The notes beneath the pieces are model-generated. The model had not been told where the DNA came from, did no database searches, and saw only the letters and a program-made list of their open reading frames with translations. Below, in pieces: positions 1 to 12,556 of a stretch of DNA of 64,000 bases. The translations under genes and the position numbers were made by a program. The stretch is from Neoechinorhynchus agilis. Lineage: Eukaryota > Animalia > Acanthocephala. Where the stretch lies: the NCBI GenBank assembly GCA_051530055.1, contig CM121341.1, positions 868,001 to 932,000 of the forward strand. The letters are read 5' to 3'. Position 1 is the first letter of the stretch; each line of letters starts with the position of its first letter.

Positions 1-336
1 CTTCTCTCTAAATCGTTTGCCTGCAGTTTACTTTGAGGCCGAACTTTACATCCTTGTAGAGCAATTGCGCGTTTGATTTTCGTTTTGTATTTACCAAATG
101 GATTTTTAGTGATAAAGCGAACGCTCCAAAATTGAGGTCCTAAGGATCACTCGAATTCCATAGTTCGTCTTGCTTGAAATGGTACGGGCATATGTGAAGC
201 GCTTTTTTAATAAAAATGTCAACCGATATTTCTTTAAAATTCATTTCTCGTTTCTTTTTAACGTTATTATATCCGTCCCGGCTCCAACGAATTTTTTATC
301 TCACTTGCTTTCATCGTCGATTAATTGCGCTTTAGG

Positions 337-2866
337 TTCACGCTCACTGATTTCCAAGGGGACGCACATCCGGATTCCAGTTCAAGGAGCAGCGACGATA
401 ACCCCTGGCTGGTCTGCCAAGATAATGAACTCGAACGACATCGACGATGCCAACTACTTAACCCTAGCGATTGAAAGCCCGCCAGACGCCTTCATTGGCC
501 GATACAAGGTCAGCGCTTTTCCCAAGGACTCGTTATCGATCATCTATCTGAATAGATGTACATTGAGACGCAAGTTGAAAATTCAAAGCCTTCTTTGTTC
601 CGTTACACCGACGAGATTCTTTTAATATTTAACCCTTTCATAAAAGAAGATGCCAGTTATATGCAGAACGCTGATGATATCAGCGAGTATTTGCTAAGTG
701 AGAAAGGAGTGTTTTACGTCGGTACGGAAAATAAAATCACCCCAAAGCACTGGCATCTCGGACAGGTAATAATGCTTTTACTGAGAAACGATAAATCATT
801 ATTCGAAATGATCAGTTTCAATTTCCATGCATCGAAATAGCTCTCTGGTTGCTGGAAAGAGCAAACCTTCCTTATGAAAGTCGAGGCGATCCAATGCAGG
901 TGACCAGAGCCCTATCCGCGATGATTAACGGAGGAGATCGTGGGATATTGATGAACGAGAAGTTCGATCCATCTATGCAATCCGGGCCACAGACTGGATT
1001 CCACCCTCATGAATGGGCTGGCAGTGTGAAGATCGTTAAGAAGTTTATGGAACAGCGAGGACAGCCTGTTCGACATGGAAATTGTTATGTATTCGCGGCT
1101 CTTTTATGCACAAGTATATTTCGACTGATTTTTTGTTTTAAATAATCTAACAAATCCCAGTGTGCCGATCAATTGGATTGCCATGTAGGATTGTGACGGG
1201 ATTCCGCGTGGCGCATGACTGTGACATGAACAGTACATTTGATGTTCATTGGGATAAAAACCATCGACCGATTTATCAGCTCAACAAAGATGTAATTTGG
1301 TTTATATTTTCTGTTTCATCAAAACACGAAAAATATCTCATTATTGATTAGGACACATCATTCCTGGAATGAAGTCTGGTTTTATCGAAAGGATATTCCA
1401 GCTGAACTTAATGGATGGGAAGCAGTTGATTCGACGTCAAACGCTGCCAGTGAAAGTGGGTATTTGAAATAGCAGGCGGGTTCGTGTAAATGAGTAATAG
1501 ACGAAAAATTCTATAGGTCTGTACCGCCTTGGACCTTGTCCGGTAAATGCAATAACCAATGGTCGATTGTCAACGATCTACGACTCTCAATACATCTCAT
1601 CATGTCTCAATAATTACATTGTGCATTGGATGGTTGGATCGAGTGGAGAAATGTCTCCCATTGGATTTGAAAAAGACGCATTGGCTCCTTTAATCGTCAC
1701 AAAAGCAATCGGTTCCGAAAATCCGGTCGACATAACGGCCAACTATAAACATCCAGGTGACTAATTGTGGTTCTTTTTAAAACACAAGGCCCATAAAATT
1801 CCTTTTAAGCTGATCCAAATAATGAATGGCCTTCTGCGTTAGCGAGAAGGGCACGAATTGAGGAGATGTGCAGCCCTCTGGTACGGACCGCAGATGATGT
1901 TGAAATCGATGTCATGGTGCCACATGAGACAACGGTGAGATGCTGATTTATTTTAAAGCTAACTTTGATTTAGCTGGGCGATACAATTGTTTTTGCGTGG
2001 AATCTGAAAAACCGAAATAAGTCCGAGAAACGGACATGCGAATTTTATATGAGTGCTTTCTTTATAACCTACGATTTTACGGTGGTCGGGGAATGTAAGG
2101 AAGCGCGTGGCGAGACTCTTGAGCTGATGCCATCCGAGGAGAAGCATTATTTAACGAAGATTAGAGCAGATGATTACATGGACAGGATAAAACCTAACTT
2201 TAATTTCAAAGTCTATCTACAGGCATTTGTGAATGAAACGGGCCAAACTAAAGCTCTCGTGAAAGATGTTTGCCTTGATACTTACGATATGTTGAGACTG
2301 GTAAGTTTTTAACACTTGATTTTTAGACGGGAATAATATTTAGACTGTATTTTTTGAGAGCGTGGATTTTCCGCACTTGACTCGTCAAAAATATTATTCG
2401 TCTAAAAATCTCTATTGTTTTTCGTATGAAAAATCAACCTCCCCCTCATTTACTCTTTTCAGCTAGTAGATAAGACAACCGTGGAGGTTGGACAGCCGAT
2501 CGCGATCCGCATTCAGATATGTAACCCACTTAAACGGGTTCTACAACAGTGCGCTCTTCACTTTGAAGGAATTGGAGTTCCTCGAACTGTCATCCTCGAG
2601 TAAGCTTTGTTTCTACGATGGCTGCATTAACATTTCTTTACAGACGATCTATACGACCACTTGAGACCACCGTTTACCCAACACAAATCACCCCAACACG
2701 AGTAGGACAAAAACGAGAACTAGTAGTAAATTTCAGCAGTTCAGTTCTGACCGATATTCAAAAATGTATTCAAATAGACGTTTTGCCAGATTCTAATAAA
2801 AGTCAAAGTGACTATTCGGAAAGTGTTATTGACGATGAAATGAACGGAATTGACGAGAGAAAGTGA
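337..2866 (+). CDS. Multi-exon transglutaminase-family protein; start codon not located (upstream of 337)
   Basis: Spliced reading gives N-domain GSRSLISKGTHIRIP..W..SPPDAFIGRYK, then WHLGQ|FQFPCIEIALWLL and core motifs GNCYVFA (Cys codon 1083-1085), CRSIGLPCRIVT, W|THHSWNEVW (His) and GWEAVDST (Asp). C-terminal ELVVNFSSSVLTDI, stop 2866. Introns read at 509-555, 766-815, 1114-1160 and 1300-1351 (47-52 nt, GT..AG). Confidence 0.93.
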
Positions 2867-2888
2867 TTTTAGCTCAAATAAACCAATT

Positions 2889-3784
2889 TTAGCGTTCAGT
2901 AACATGAGCGTCGATGAGTGCCCGAATCTTCCAACACGAAGTTGCTACAGATGCAGATCGGTTACCGAAATTGGCTAGTAGAATGCAAGAAGTCTGGAAT
3001 ATTCGATTTAGGATATGAGTAGGTGGTTTCAACATCTCTGAATCGGAAAACCTGGGTTTCAGTATATCAAAAACACTTTCGCATAACCATGGATGGGTTC
3101 TTAGCTTCGTGGAATCCCCATTCGAATCCACCCATGAAGTATTCGTTCAATTCCGTCGTATGTGAAAACCTCTTGTTCGTCAATGTGAATTTCCATTTGA
3201 ACCAAAAGGGTTTCACATACCATTTGAAGCAAAGCATCTGAACTTGAGAGAGATATGAGAATACCGGAATGGCAGCAACAATCATGAATTGAGCAGCAAT
3301 GTACACAAACACTCACAAGTTCTGCGATCTGTTGCATGAGTTCATATTTCGCGAAATGCATTCGATTGAGACTTACAATATTAGCGATAAGTTGAGCTGC
3401 TAGCAAAATGTTATCGTCTGGAACAAGGGCTCGATCGGTTTCATTGACAAGAAATAGAATAAGGCGAGATGTAGTTTGTCGGATGATGGCAAAGGTTGAA
3501 CAATCACAGTCGTCGCTAGCAGAGAGAAGGATTAGAATGTTGACTGCAAAGTCGATTTTGGCATCAACGTTCAAGGGGGAGGTTTCCTGTAGCCAACGTT
3601 GAATCGACGCGCACCATTGGTCTGACGAGGGAAGTCTCGGTAGGCTGAGTGGACGTATTCGTGAATCGTAGACATTTTTGAGTTGAGCGTACAAAGTAAG
3701 TGGTGGCGTTTGTAAGCCGAATTGATCGCGAACCAGTTCAACGAAATCGACGGGGTCAATATCTGTTTTAGAGAATGTGGACAT
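2889..3784 (-). CDS. Hypothetical multi-exon protein, convergent with the transglutaminase
   Basis: Long first exon from ATG 3784. Donor GTGAGT near 3317 and acceptor near 3243, plus further open frames to stop 2889. No family recognised; exact exon structure uncertain. Confidence 0.55.
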
Positions 3785-4225
3785 TGGTTAATAAACACAT
3801 TATTGAACATTGGAATTGAAAATGGAATGGAATTTAAAAACCATATGCATTAAGATTGAAATAGATATTCGTGTTACGGTATTGATTAGGCAAACGAAGT
3901 AAAGCGAACGTATGTCTGATCAAAGTGATTGATTAAAATGTTTATATTAGAATGTCGGTATGTGAGGAGGTACCGGGCTGTATATGATTAGAAGTGTTTA
4001 CCCGGTAAATATTTTTTTAGTTTATTTGAGCCAAAAAGTGAAACAACTTACCGGGTGGTTTTGCCTCTATCAACCGTAAAGCCAAGGCAACTTTGATGCG
4101 AAACTCGAACGCCTGAAGATTTGCGATCTCAAGTGCGCTCATCGACTCCTGTTCGTTGGACATCTATAAAATATGTCAGAGTTCCTTTTATCAAAGAATG
4201 TATCCTAAAACCTAACCCGGACTAG

Positions 4226-4960
4226 CTAATTTATATCGTTTATTTCATCCTTAAGTTTTAAAATTGATTCTATGAATTTCGTAGTCAGTTCAAGATCATC
4301 TTCCGGTATTTCACGAACACTTTCTACATCGACATGTTCATTAAAACCATCAAGGGCCGTCTTTGTTCGAGAAATGGCCGCATTTACAGCTTCCTGTATA
4401 CGACGACCCTCCCTTTCAGCACCATCGCGCATCTCTTCCATAGCTCGCAATTGGAGCTGTACCGCTACCTTCATATTTCCGTACGCCTGCTGGATCCTAA
4501 GACAATTGAGAAGATGCATTACATTGTTGGAGATAATGCGGATATTTTCAGAAATTTCTTCTTTTGCGTCTGATGTTGGATCTTCATTGAGGATTTCCAT
4601 AAGATCAGAAAAACATACAATTAAGGCGAGATTGAGTTTTTGAAGCTCTTGCTTGTAATCGCTTGTAGATGTTGAGCGCTGACCATAGTCATTTATAAAT
4701 TCACTACCAGGTTCTGAGCATCCATAGAGTCTTGGTATCTGATGTTCTTCAATTTTGTTTAACATAGGAATATCATCAATCTGCCATTCGGCCCCAAAAG
4801 ACGTATAGGAACTTTCCGGAATCGGAGGTGGTGCAGGAGGCGCCCGATTGGATTGACGCTGCGGGTCGTATGCAGCAATCAGGTGCATGGGAGGCATAGG
4901 AAAATTTTCCAAGTTAAAATCATCCATGGGATTTCTGAAATGATTTTTGAGCAACTTCAT
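4226..4960 (-). CDS. MED7: Mediator complex subunit 7
   Basis: Single-exon 244 aa. FPMPPM..Y, APPAPPP..SY..FG, DYKQELQKLN..LIV.F.DL.EIL..DP and HLLN.LR..QA match the MED7 pattern. About 20 aa are inserted before DYKQEL. The true start may be the second Met (MDDF). Confidence 0.9.
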   Translation of the reverse strand: MKLLKNHFRNPMDDFNLENFPMPPMHLIAAYDPQRQSNRAPPAPPPIPESSYTSFGAEWQIDDIPMLNKIEEHQIPRLYGCSEPGSEFINDYGQRSTSTSDYKQELQKLNLALIVCFSDLMEILNEDPTSDAKEEISENIRIISNNVMHLLNCLRIQQAYGNMKVAVQLQLRAMEEMRDGAEREGRRIQEAVNAAISRTKTALDGFNEHVDVESVREIPEDDLELTTKFIESILKLKDEINDIN

Positions 4961-5327
4961 TAAATTTGAGTTTTTAAGTGTTGCACACTATGAAATTTTC
5001 AATTGTTTAACTTTCAAGAGAGTTTCCAACCTCAAGGCACATTCTGCATCTTACAATTTGATCACAAAATTTTTATCACTAAAAAAACGGTCTTTACTCA
5101 AAGAAAAAACGTTTAAATTTAAATAAGACGTCTGATGTTATTTTTAAAAAAATCACAGTTGTTGTGTTCATTATCGCGTGCGCGCGTTCTTATTTGATTC
5201 TTTCCCCTACTATCATAATTCAGCGAATAGGAAATAGAGTAAGCATAAGAAATAAACACTGATTCATTTAGGTAGACACCTTGCGTGTTCGCCGCTCTAT
5301 TTTTCCTTCTCCAAAAGAATAATTGAA

Positions 5328-5738
5328 ATGGCCCGAACCAAGCAAACAGCACGCAAATCGACCGGTGGAAAGGCTCCTCGCAAACAGTTAGCAACTAAGG
5401 CCGCTCGAAAGAGTGCACCCGCTTCTGGCGGTGTGAAAAAGCCTCATAAGTTCAGACCAGGCACAGTCGCTCTTCGGGAAATTCGGAGGTATCAAAAGAC
5501 GACGGAGCTCTTGATTAAGCGTTTACCCTTTCAACGTCTCGTAAGAGAAATCGCTCAGGACTTCAAAAGTGATCTTCGTTTCCAAGTGTCAGCGATTCTA
5601 GCACTTCAGGAGGCGTGTGAAGCTTACCTCGTTGGTCTGTTCGAGGACGCAAACCTATGCGCCATTCATAGCAGAAGGGTAACGATAATGCCTCGGGACA
5701 TTCAGTTGGCCCGTCGCATTCGAGGAGAACGCGGATGA
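5328..5738 (+). CDS. H3: Histone H3, divergent variant, intronless
   Basis: 136 aa, canonical tail [28 protein letters not shown] with an intact fold but many core substitutions. Confidence 0.98.
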   Translation: MARTKQTARKSTGGKAPRKQLATKAARKSAPASGGVKKPHKFRPGTVALREIRRYQKTTELLIKRLPFQRLVREIAQDFKSDLRFQVSAILALQEACEAYLVGLFEDANLCAIHSRRVTIMPRDIQLARRIRGERG

Positions 5739-5776
5739 ATTCGCTTGGTTCGAAAAGGAGAAACGGTTGAGTTATA

Positions 5777-5792
5777 GGTCCTCTTAAGGACC
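5777..5792 (+). promoter_or_regulatory. Histone mRNA 3' stem-loop
   Basis: GGTCCT-CTTA-AGGACC followed by ACAA, ~38 nt after the H3 stop. It has a 6-bp stem and 4-nt loop matching GGYYYT-NNNN-ARRRCC-AC. Confidence 0.9.
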
Positions 5793-6147
5793 ACAATGTG
5801 GTTGGGGGACCGCGGATGCCTGGTTGTCGTCAGTGAGCGCAGGTTGTGCTTCGTCGCATTCGTAGTCGTGTGGTTTCGAATTCGAGTCCTAGAGATGTGA
5901 TCATCATCCCCCACCGTCGGGAACCATAAGAGAAATTCCTTCGTCGATGTAAGAACGTTTTTATATGTGGCCTCTCATGGCTGGTAATTTTTCCTTGGGC
6001 ACACAGCCTACCGATCTGAGTCAGGAAAAGGCGCATGAAATCACGATAAATACCCAAAGCTATAAGCGGGAGACGGGACTGCCTTTTATCGTAAAGTTTT
6101 TTAAGGTGATGATTATTAGCGGTAAACAGCAGAATTTTCGGACACAC

Positions 6148-6331
6148 AGCCCGAGCGGGTTAAGTGGATTACAGCTCCTCACTCCAGTTTGCTGTGTCAA
6201 AGCATTCGAATTCGTTACAGCTGATGACGCAAATCCAAAAGGGACAAAGTACGTCGATGAGGGGAGGAAACTCATTGGTGGCTATCACCTCCTCGGGAGG
6301 TATCTGAGAATCCGGAGGGATGAGTACAAAC
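6148..6331 (+). mobile_element. tRNA-headed/hammerhead SINE-like element, copy 1 (most decayed)
   Basis: Aligns with copies at 12375, 21661 and 39743: GAGCGGGTTAAG, TTCGAATTC, TGACGCA, GGGAC, GGAGGAAACTCA, CCTCC, GGAGGTATCTGAGAATCCGGAGG. The catalytic core is destroyed (TTGGTGG, AAAG). Confidence 0.8.
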
Positions 6332-9239
6332 GTATGGTCCAAAGTATTAAGTTATTTTATGTGCTGTGTATCCAAGGAAAAATTATCAGCCGCGAAAGGC
6401 GACTTTAAAAAACCAAATTAAGAGTTACACCAGTTGCTCTTGTCCGAAATCGTCATAACAACATCTCCAACTTTATCATCTCGGGGGGTTTTCCCTCGAT
6501 AATTTTTGAGATTGGAGATGTGGTTATCGCAATCCAGTATGGAAAGTACTTTATTGAATTGCGATAGTTCGAAAAAGGACGTTGACTTTCGAATTATTTT
6601 AATAAAGTAATGTATATCCGGATTGCTCTATGATCAGCTTCCGAATGGTTTAAGATTAAATAGTTAAGCATTTTCGAGGTGATTTGACGTTTGCAGTCGG
6701 GCTCATCGAAGTGGGAATAGTTCGAAAGTTGTAGTATTCTTAATTTTACGGTCGACGACTAATCTCAATTTTCACAAATTTAACTAGCGGACGGATGTTG
6801 GTTGGTGTCGGTTCATTTGTTCTTGAGTGCTGTTAAGAGGCACGATTTTTTGTTCCACTTACAAATCATAATTCCTTTTTTTTGGATTTGAAAAAAGATG
6901 TATAGTGCCGAAAATTCACTGTGGGAATATCGAGAATCGATGGAGGATTATTTTTTCCAAGGTGCGTTCAGGTATGTTTTTCTGTTTCCAAAAAGTCCTA
7001 TTGATAACGGCGCCGACGAGCATTGGGTACCGAGATTGTTTTGGTATTTTGATTTTACGATCACAATTTGGAATGTTATTTAATTTTTCAAGGAAATAAT
7101 GAGTATCTTGATTATGAACTATATGATTCGCACCAAATATCGATTCGCGCGCGTTGCGCCACATATTGATCGGCGCAAGTGCGGGCTACATAAATGATAA
7201 CGGTGGCGACAAGGTATTGCGAACCGTTCTAAAGCAGAAGCAGCAACTATTGTAGCAGTTGCTAACGCGGGACGATCCTAGAGGAGTTGTAAAGAATGAT
7301 AATATTCGAGAAGCGGTTTTTGTATTTTTCAGGAGGAAAAAGAAAATTGGCGACGCTTCAAATAACAGTTGGGTTTTCATTCTGCGGCACCACTTATCTG
7401 CAGTTAAGTGATGATGAGGGACACGTTTCTCTCTTGGGTTGGTTGGTCCGACAACGTATCACTTGATAGCGATTCTCTGCGCTGGCAAGAGTTAAATGAG
7501 TACACATATGAAGAGCTAATAGAGCTCCTGGACGCTCACTATACCTGACCAATTCAGTTCGTTGCGGAACATTTTGCATCAGTGCAAAATGAAAAGTGGT
7601 CAAGCGTATGCTTCCTGGATCGCAAATTTACGAGAAAAAGCTCAAATGGGCAAAGCAATCGATGACCGCATTAAGGATTAAATAGTGAAAAAACGCCACA
7701 CGAAGTATTTAGGAATAAAATTCTCGAAATGACAGCACCTTCGTTGAACGATGTTATCAAAATATGTGAGACTTTCGAAATGTTGAGGGTCGAGGATCCC
7801 TGATCAACTCAGCCGGAGTGCAGCAAGATGTACTTAAGAGTGAGCACCTCGAACTTGATGAGATGCCACAGCGACGGAATAGACCCTATCAGAAGGTAAA
7901 ATATGGGAAAGGACGTCGTGGAAGATGCGAACTCGAACATAACCAACAGAACTGTCCAGCTAGAGATAAAAAGTGTTTCAATTGTCAGCGCCTGGGCCAT
8001 TTTTGATCATGTTGTCAATGGCGGAATTCTATAGATCAATTGGAGGAGCTGAATGCGATAACTGATGCGCACGACACAGCGTAAGGACAGGATCATATTC
8101 CCAAAATAGATATCCAAATAAATGGAATCACAATCACAGAGGAATATGATACCGGCACCAGCGTGAGCAGCCGACTTTGACTCCTATTAAACCCCTGCGG
8201 GCGTATGGTGACAAACGTTTGCATACGCTGGAAAAATGCGAGATCAATGCGATTTTTGGAGCAAGACAGGAACGATTAGAAGTTATGGTCGTACGAAACG
8301 GCAGATACAGTTCATTCGGAGGCCCTGCCAGCAGGTTGAAACAGAAAGAGATTCCGCCGTTTCCACAACTAAACATAAATCGATTTTTGACTGTTCGACC
8401 GCCCCGGTTAAGAATACAGAAATATCCTTAGCGATCGCCTTCAATGGAACCCGAGAAGATGGACTAGTAGGCGAATTCCACTAACATTGAAGGATAAAGT
8501 AAAAAAGGAGTTCATGGGACAAACGGAAGCTAAAGTGCTCGAGAAAGTTGATCTTCGCAAAGACTATGGACTGGGCAGCGCAAATAGTGATTGCTAGAAA
8601 ACCAAATGGTGACATAAGGATCTGTGGCGACTTCCGAGTCACGATCAACCCATATCTAGCGATCGATAGTTATGCAATTTTAACATGAGAAGAGATTGTT
8701 AGCGAAATAGCTGGTATTGTCCGTCAATTTGAAATCAAGGAAATATCTAACGGTTGTCACACATCAAGGATTTTTCGTTATAAGCGATTGCCGTTTGGGA
8801 TCAGCTTAGCACCTGGCATATTTTAACGCCATATGGGCGAATTGCTCGAAGGAATTCCGGAAGTCGCCATCTATCTGGACGATGTGCTGATCACGGGACG
8901 AACACTCAAAGATCATTTATAAAATCTTTCTGAAGTCTTCGTTACTTTCGAGGGAGTTGGATTAAAAGTCAAGCCCGAAAAGTGTGTGCTTTTACAGGAT
9001 ACCATCGAATTTCTAGGAAACACTCTAGATCGCAAGCGATTTTGCGTTACCTCAGCTGTCTTATGAAGGAGAACTGAGATCATTTCTTGGAACCGTAAAC
9101 TTCCTCAGTAAATTCGCTCCCGAACTACAACCCAAATGAGAAGCACTATTTAAAAATAATAACACGTTTTATTTGCTAATGCACAAAGAAAAGGACCCAT
9201 GTACCATTCGACCCTCATGAACAGTCGAGTTCTGATTAG

Positions 9240-11650
9240 ATAAATGAATCTGGCTATTGATCTTGGAGTGGATTACGAGTCCGGGCGGGAGGGAATGTCC
9301 GGTCGGGTTAGATGGTAAGTTCTGGTGGGAATTGGTCGTTATTGTTCATAGGAGCGCTTGTAAGTTTGGTCTTTTCTCAGGTTCATTTCAAGTTCTGATA
9401 TCCGAGAAGATTGGGCAGCGTGGAAAAAGGAGCGTAGGTATATGGAGGTGCGAGATATCGGAGGATAAAACGAATTAGGATTACGAGTGTTGTGCTTATG
9501 TGAAAAGGGAACGATATGTACAAGAAATTGTGGTGGTAGGGTTGATAAGAATTTTGTTTGCTTTATGAAAATAACATCAAGGCATTCCGTTAGAGGGGGA
9601 AAGTCCGTTGTGCAAATTTTAGATGCTCTTTTATGAAGAATTTCAAGACGATGAATTTGAGATTTGGATAGTTTGCAGAAGACGGGATAACCGTAGGCGA
9701 GGGAAGGTAAAGTAAAGCAGTATTAAAATTTGAAGAGATCGGGAGAAGGGACTCCAAAATTTCGGAGGCGTTTGAAGTGATAAATTTTAAAGGTGTTGAG
9801 CTTGAGGGAGAGAGTAATGTGCGAGTCCTATTTCAAGTTTAAGTGAAATTGGATACCCAGAATTCTTAGGGCGATGACTCGTAGGATGTCATTTAGAAGC
9901 TTAGGGAGAATATAGGGTCGCGGGAAAGAGGGGATCATTTCGAAGCATTTAGAGAATTTCAGGTGGAGTTTTTGATTAATGTCGAAATTTTTTACGTGTG
10001 TGATTTCGTTAGAGGTTAAGGAGAGGAAGAGGTGGATGGGTGACGAGGGTGATATCGTCGGCGTATAAGAAGAGTTTAGAGTGAGAGGAGAGAGGTTTTA
10101 AGTTGTTTGGAAAATATTAAAGAGAAGTGGTGACAGCACCTTGAGGGACGCCTTTGGTGAAGGATAGGCTGATAGTAGGTGTAGAACGGCATTGAATATA
10201 TTGTTTGCGATTGTGAAGATAAGATTCGAGTCAGCGGATCTGCAACAAGTTGAGATCAAAATCGGAGCAGGCCCGGAGAAGAAGTGAAAGATCCATTGAG
10301 TCGAAAACTTTAGGTAAATCAAGTTGAATGAGAGGGGTGACTTGGGAGGGATGGTTGTCGAAGTTACTTAGAAGCGTGTCATAAATTCAAAGGAGGGCTT
10401 CGGTTACAGAAAATCTGGGTCGGAACCCAAATTGAAGGGCGATAACTTTTCGTGGAGAAGTGAAAGAAGGCGAGATTTAAAACATTTCTCGGTGATTTCT
10501 GAAAGAACGTGTAGAATGGAAATTGGTCGCAATGATTCGGCAGGGATACCTCTAGCAGTTTTCAGGCGTGAATGGTAGGTGTCATATAAACAAGCTGTGG
10601 TTGATAATGTGGGTAAGAGGGTCTATGAGTTCTGGGATGATGTTGCGAAGAGCCCAGTTTGGGATTTCTTATTGAGAGGACGAATTTAGAGGTAATTTCT
10701 TTAGATGCTGTAATACTTCATATGATGAAACTAATGGGAGTATCGGCGAGTTGACAAAAGTTTCAGATGTTGTGTGCTGTGGACCGTTCTGATTAATGGA
10801 ATCCAGAACCTGTTTTAATTCAGTGGAGGTCAAATAAGGTGATAGATCCCGGTGGCGTAGACCAGGAGAGTCCTTCCGAGCGAATTTTAGAGGAAGGGAG
10901 GTTTTTGCGGGAGATAAGTATTTTGTTAGTAAGTGCTTTTTGTAAACGGGTAAAGTCTGGAGAGTTATTGCGATGGGCTTTAGAAGCTTGCCTTGTAAGA
11001 AGTTTCAAATGGGGTTTATCCATGGTGAATCCGAGTTGAAGATCCCAATGAATTTCTTGGAAATAGTCGAAGTTAGGGAAGGTCATAAGTGGGTCACTTG
11101 TGTTGCCCGAGTGGAATGTGCGAATATTAGAGTTGAACAATTTTATAAAATTTTGGATGTAATGATCACGTTTATCCCAGACGGGTAAACGGGTAGATTT
11201 ATACGCTGAGGTGGGGTGGAGGGTGTGAAAAGAGCAGAATAGTGGTCAGAGTTGGCGGGGGAGGAAGTTTAGAGGCGGATGAGTAGGCGTCGATATTTAT
11301 AAACACCTTTTCGAAGTGAGCGTCAAGACGAGTTGGGAAATCAATAAGTTGACGCAACTCGGAGAAGTGCAGAAGCGGAAATAGATTATTGAAGTCTCCT
11401 GCAATTAAGAAATGGTGCGAATGAGCGGAGGACTCAGGACGAGAGGTAGGATGGCGATAGATGCCAACAATGGTGAATTCTCTAAGGCCGTTTCTCAGAG
11501 GAGCTATGAAATGGACTGCGATGAATTCTAGATCGGAGTTTTGTAGAGATGCTATGAGAGATAAAAAGTATGGTAGCGATTGCCGTACGTAAATTGAGAC
11601 CCCCTCCTGGACGATCCTCCCGGTATGCATGGTAGGAAGAGTACCTGGGA
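9240..11650 (-). mobile_element. Decayed CR1/L2-like LINE nested in the Gypsy pol, opposite orientation
   Basis: APE endonuclease 11199-11630 (GVSIYV, VGIYRHP, GDFN, FPTR). RT remnants include QLDLPKVFDS near 10300. It splits the Gypsy RT from its RNase H. Confidence 0.8.
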
Positions 11651-12374
11651 AGGATGGCCATTTCTGCGAAAATGACTACGGCAGCTTTTGAGGTAGATAA
11701 AATGAGTGAAATTTCATCTAGTTTAGGAAGGAATCCACGAGTAATCTAGTAGATTATGGTTTGGAAGGGAATTTTGAAAATGGGGAAGAAAATTTTGAGT
11801 TGGGAGGAAAATTCTGGGAGTGGTATCCGAAGCACGATCATGCTTTTCAAGAAGTGCGAGAATCTTTAACGACGACCCGAGTTCTAATAACATTTCACAT
11901 GGACAAACCGACGCAGCTATGGTGTGATGCAAACGAGAAAGGTCGTGGAGCCGTATTTATGCAAGTTCAGCACGATGGAAATCCGTAACCGGTCGCTTAC
12001 GCTTCAAGGGCTCTTAAAGGACCAGATAAAAACTATTCACAAGTCGAAAAAGAAGGACTGGATATCATTTTCGCCGTACGAAGATTTCATCAATACTTGG
12101 TTGGACGGAAATTTCAGCTATGCAGAGACTATAAACAACTGAAGTATATTTGCGGAGTTAACCGGTTGGCTAAGATGACGAACCAACGTTTAATCCGTTG
12201 GGGTATCGAAATATCCCTCGTAGACATGAATTGCGGTTAGAGGACGGAGTAATCCTGGTGTTGCAGCGTCTGGTGGTCCCTCGATCATTGAAAAATAAAG
12301 CACTTGATGTCTTGGATACAGAACACCCAGGAATATCGGCGACGGGGGATCTGGCGATATACTAGTGCTGGTGG

Positions 12375-12556
12375 CCTGAGGTGGTCAGGTAAACTACTGC
12401 TCCAGATTCCAGTTAAGGGTCAGCGGGTTGGAATCCATTACCGCCAGTGACGCACATCAAAGGGGACGAAATACTGCTGAAGGGAGGAAACTCACTGATA
12501 AATCCCGCCTCCTGGAGGTATCTGAGAATTCGGAGGGATGTACAAAATTATAACTG
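12375..12556 (+). mobile_element. tRNA-headed/hammerhead SINE-like element, copy 2
   Basis: B-box-like GGTTGGAATCC, then GGGAC-GAAA-TACT...CTCA-CTGATAA-ATCCC-G-CCTCC-TGGA-GGTAT-C-TGAG. G8->A in the core. Inserted in the Gypsy integrase just after CWWP. Confidence 0.85.

Noticed and set aside
4272-4643. Antisense ORFs over MED7, and many short ORF-track entries over TEs
   Set aside because: Shadow frames of real genes or decayed elements, with no independent motifs.
5328-5738. Centromeric H3 (CENP-A)
   Set aside because: Canonical tail, no loop 1 insertion and Q68/F84 retained.
6420-6850. LINE endonuclease remnant on the minus strand (EADHRAI resembling SDH)
   Set aside because: A single weak motif; too little to support a feature.
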